Source of the DNA: Octopus bimaculoides
Lineage: Eukaryota
Reading direction: 5' to 3'
NCBI RefSeq assembly: GCF_001194135.2
Contig: NC_068991.1
Coordinates: 50,608,909 to 50,672,908 of the forward strand
Length of the DNA: 64,000 bases
The notes beneath the pieces were generated by a model. It saw only the letters and a list, made by a program, of their open reading frames with translations. It was not told the DNA's origin and ran no database searches. A program made the position numbers and the translations under genes. Shown here in pieces: positions 62,401 to 64,000 of this stretch (the stretch's first letter is position 1; each line of letters begins with the position of its first letter).

Positions 62401-64000
62401 GTAGCTTTGAGATTTTGATGATTTTAGAATATTGTAGGGTAGGCGCAAGATCTGATCAGTTTGAATATTTGGGCTGGATATGGCCAGTTTAAAGGCTAAA
62501 GGGTTAGATGTCAAAAACTTTTGTCATCCAACAATGATCTGGAGACTGAGAAACAGTGGAAGAAAGGGTTGGAGATGAGGTCAGTGATGAGAAATTTTCA
62601 ATGGACTGGCTCCTGTGCAGGTGGCATGTAAAAAACACCATTTTGAGCGTGGTCATTGTCAGTACCACCTGACTGGCCCTTGTGCCGGTGGCACATAAAA
62701 GCACCCACTACACTCTCAGAGTGGTTGGCGTTAGGTAGGGCATCCAGCTGTAGAAACTCTGCCAGTTCAGATTGGAGCCTGGTGCAGCCATCTGGTTCGC
62801 CAGTCCTCAGTCATATCGTCCAACCCATGCTAGCATGGAAAGCGAATGTTAAACAGTGATGATGATGCTGATATATAATACAACATGAAACAAGAGTGAG
62901 TGTGATGATATACGTGTGACTTAAATGTCATGATTACTACAGTGCAATAATAAGATCAATATATTACCTTAACCGAAAGGATAGCACCTTGTGGTGGTTT
63001 AAAAGAATTGAGTACAACAAAAAGATCAGCTGCTGTGATATTTTCCCAGTCCATGTTGCAAATTGCTAACCGAGAAGAACTTTCTGAAGCCAAAACTGCA
63101 TCTTTATCCATTTCACCCCAATCATGGACAATATTTTCAGCTTCTGGTCCTGGATAATTTTCTGAAACAAAACACCAATTCTTTACACTATTTGTAACCA
63201 GTGAGATGAAACATTTCTATAGATTATCAATAATCATTGAATGTTTATACACTGTGAAGAGGCCCCAGTCAACTTTGGTAAAGGAAGTTTTACTTTTGTT
63301 GTTTCATATTTATTTTATGCCGGCATGGTTGGATTGGACTGTTTTGGCAGAAGTCCTCTTCCCTGTGGACTTTGGATCAGAGATACAATACAAAAGTTGG
63401 TTAATTTTCATTTACTAACCATCAGGTCAGAAATCACAGTTGTACTTGGTTAATCATATTAAATCAATGTGAATAAATGTCTTTTATTTCAGAAATCCTA
63501 ATGGTAAAAAGCTAAAGTGACATCCCACCAGATTTAAGCTCACAACAGGTACGCATCAACATTCAGCATCCAGTCCAGTTCAGTTCATTAAGATTATCAC
63601 CATCTCCAGCAACCTTTAGATGCATTATAAGACAATGAACGAGCCTCTAGGTGGTCGTTTTATCTACTAAAATTAACGACCAAACCTCCCTCAAATCACA
63701 CTTTGCAATCTTCTGAAGGGATGAACACAATGGATTATTTAGTAGCAGATATGCAATGCACCATAGAAGGACAGGGTGGTGAGGATTGGAAACTTATGCT
63801 CACAGGTCTGCTTCATAAGAGCTGACCTGGAACAAAACAACACCACCATGCAATATTCTATGCATAGAACATAATAAGAACCCAGATAAAATATCTTGGA
63901 AAATTAGCAACTACTGAGACCCCACCACCACCACAAAAATAATAAATACAAAAGAACTTACTAACCATCTAGTGAGTCAAAATCAGAATCATCTGATGAG
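50320..64000 (-). CDS. ESF1: ESF1 homolog (pre-rRNA processing protein, NUC153 domain), 3' part; 5' part lies beyond the window
   Basis: Exons 64000-63966 (partial), 63161-62968, 61887-61764, 61192-61033, 60572-60455, (gap)58713-58655, 57630-57460, 56840-56719, 55560-55440, 54336-54233, 51604-51440 and 50640-50320 have consistent phases wherever both sides are visible. Motifs [62 protein letters not shown] are typical of ESF1. Confidence 0.95.
50816..51016. repeat. AT-rich palindrome: 34-bp inverted arms around a ~130-bp (TA)n core
   Basis: GAGAATAAGGCATTTGGT..GTTAATGAT / ATCATTAAC..ACCAAATGCCTTATTCTC. Confidence 0.88.
51440..51604 (-). CDS. ESF1: ESF1 exon ([10 protein letters not shown]...DDDFK)
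   Basis: ttgcag acceptor, gtaaat donor. Inside ORF 51413..51682. Confidence 0.93.
51668..52046 (-). mobile_element. tRNA-derived SINE family D
   Basis: Minus-strand head GGAGGCGCAATGGCCCAGTGGTTAGG...GTTTCGATTCCC (A and B boxes) followed by a distinct body. Confidence 0.85.
54233..54336 (-). CDS. ESF1: ESF1 Lys-rich exon ([10 protein letters not shown]...KQEK)
   Basis: tttcag acceptor, gtgggt donor, phases 1-0 fit both neighbours. Confidence 0.88.
54515..54813. mobile_element. Fold-back MITE in ESF1 intron (TA-CAGTA...TACTG-TA, Tc1/pogo-like ends)
   Basis: Arms of ~135 bp pair around a short central loop near 54660. Confidence 0.8.
55440..55560 (-). CDS. ESF1: ESF1 exon (...[15 protein letters not shown]...)
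   Basis: tttcag acceptor, gtgagt donor. Confidence 0.93.
56719..56840 (-). CDS. ESF1: ESF1 exon (LKEKTES...[11 protein letters not shown]...SARK)
   Basis: tttaag acceptor, gtagtc donor, TPWxxYL motif. Confidence 0.92.
57460..57630 (-). CDS. ESF1: ESF1 exon (GLDAIGSDD...EMEITWEPG)
   Basis: ttgcag acceptor, gtatag donor. Inside ORF 57356..57658. Confidence 0.94.
57757..58006 (+). mobile_element. hAT (Charlie-type) MITE
   Basis: TIR CAATGGTTCCCAAA / TTTGGAAGCCACTG; TSD ATTTAGAC / GTTTAGAC. Confidence 0.8.
58180..58590 (+). mobile_element. tRNA-derived SINE family B, full-length copy in ESF1 intron
   Basis: Highly similar to 7712-8105. Confidence 0.9.
58655..58713 (-). CDS. ESF1: ESF1 exon, 5' part hidden in N-gap ([19 protein letters not shown])
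   Basis: Conserved FxAYLASSS motif. The only donor before the in-frame stop is G|gtctca, phase 1, which fits the next exon. Confidence 0.8.
58714..59140. other. Assembly gap interrupting an ESF1 coding exon. Other gaps: 8435-9250, 10865-11740, 15412-15511, 30167-30183
   Basis: N-runs. Confidence 0.99.
60455..60572 (-). CDS. ESF1: ESF1 exon (FIPAHMGF...AMSAST)
   Basis: tttcag acceptor, gtaaaa donor. Inside ORF 60446..60634. Confidence 0.92.
61033..61192 (-). CDS. ESF1: ESF1 exon ([20 protein letters not shown]...FDMR)
   Basis: ttgtag acceptor, gtaagt donor. Confidence 0.95.
61764..61887 (-). CDS. ESF1: ESF1 exon ([19 protein letters not shown]...)
   Basis: ttgtag acceptor, gtaatt donor. 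Overlaps ORF 61654..61857. Confidence 0.95.
62332..62503 (+). mobile_element. piggyBac-like MITE (TTAA|CCCTTTAGC...GCTAAAGGG|TTA). Related copies ~38458-38690 and 39368-39595 (-)
   Basis: TTAA-CCC termini and shared internal sequence. Confidence 0.75.
62968..63161 (-). CDS. ESF1: ESF1 exon (ENYPGPE...[10 protein letters not shown]...ILSVK)
   Basis: tttcag acceptor, gtaata donor, conserved motif. Confidence 0.95.
63966..64000 (-). CDS. ESF1: ESF1 exon, truncated by window edge ([11 protein letters not shown])
   Basis: Acidic segment with donor G|gttagt, phase 1, matching the next exon. Confidence 0.75.

Overview
AT-rich, repeat-dense eukaryotic genomic DNA with five N-gaps. The SINE, RTE and MITE families and the microsatellite load look like an octopus (cephalopod) assembly; this is inferred from repeat recognition, not a database search. 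Two spliced host genes were rebuilt by hand on the minus strand with consistent GT-AG phases. One is a complete 6-coding-exon PRORP/MRPP3 (mitochondrial protein-only RNase P catalytic subunit, 574 aa, 28016-43353). The other is the 3' part of ESF1 (pre-rRNA processing factor, NUC153 domain, 50320 to window end), with one exon partly lost in a gap. The first ~27 kb has no recognisable conserved host gene. It holds RTE LINE, mariner and hAT remnants, including a GC-rich Tol2-like transposase fossil, plus SINEs and MITEs. The best leads are: a canonical minimal type I hammerhead ribozyme (12386-12425) in a Penelope-like context; an apparently complete TATA/Kozak/polyA intronless unit encoding a 71-aa orphan peptide (~19.1-19.9 kb, minus); an inverted LINE pair bracketing the catalytic exon of PRORP; a young 201-bp palindromic MITE with telomeric repeats and a perfect 9-bp TSD upstream of PRORP; and several long fold-back hairpins.
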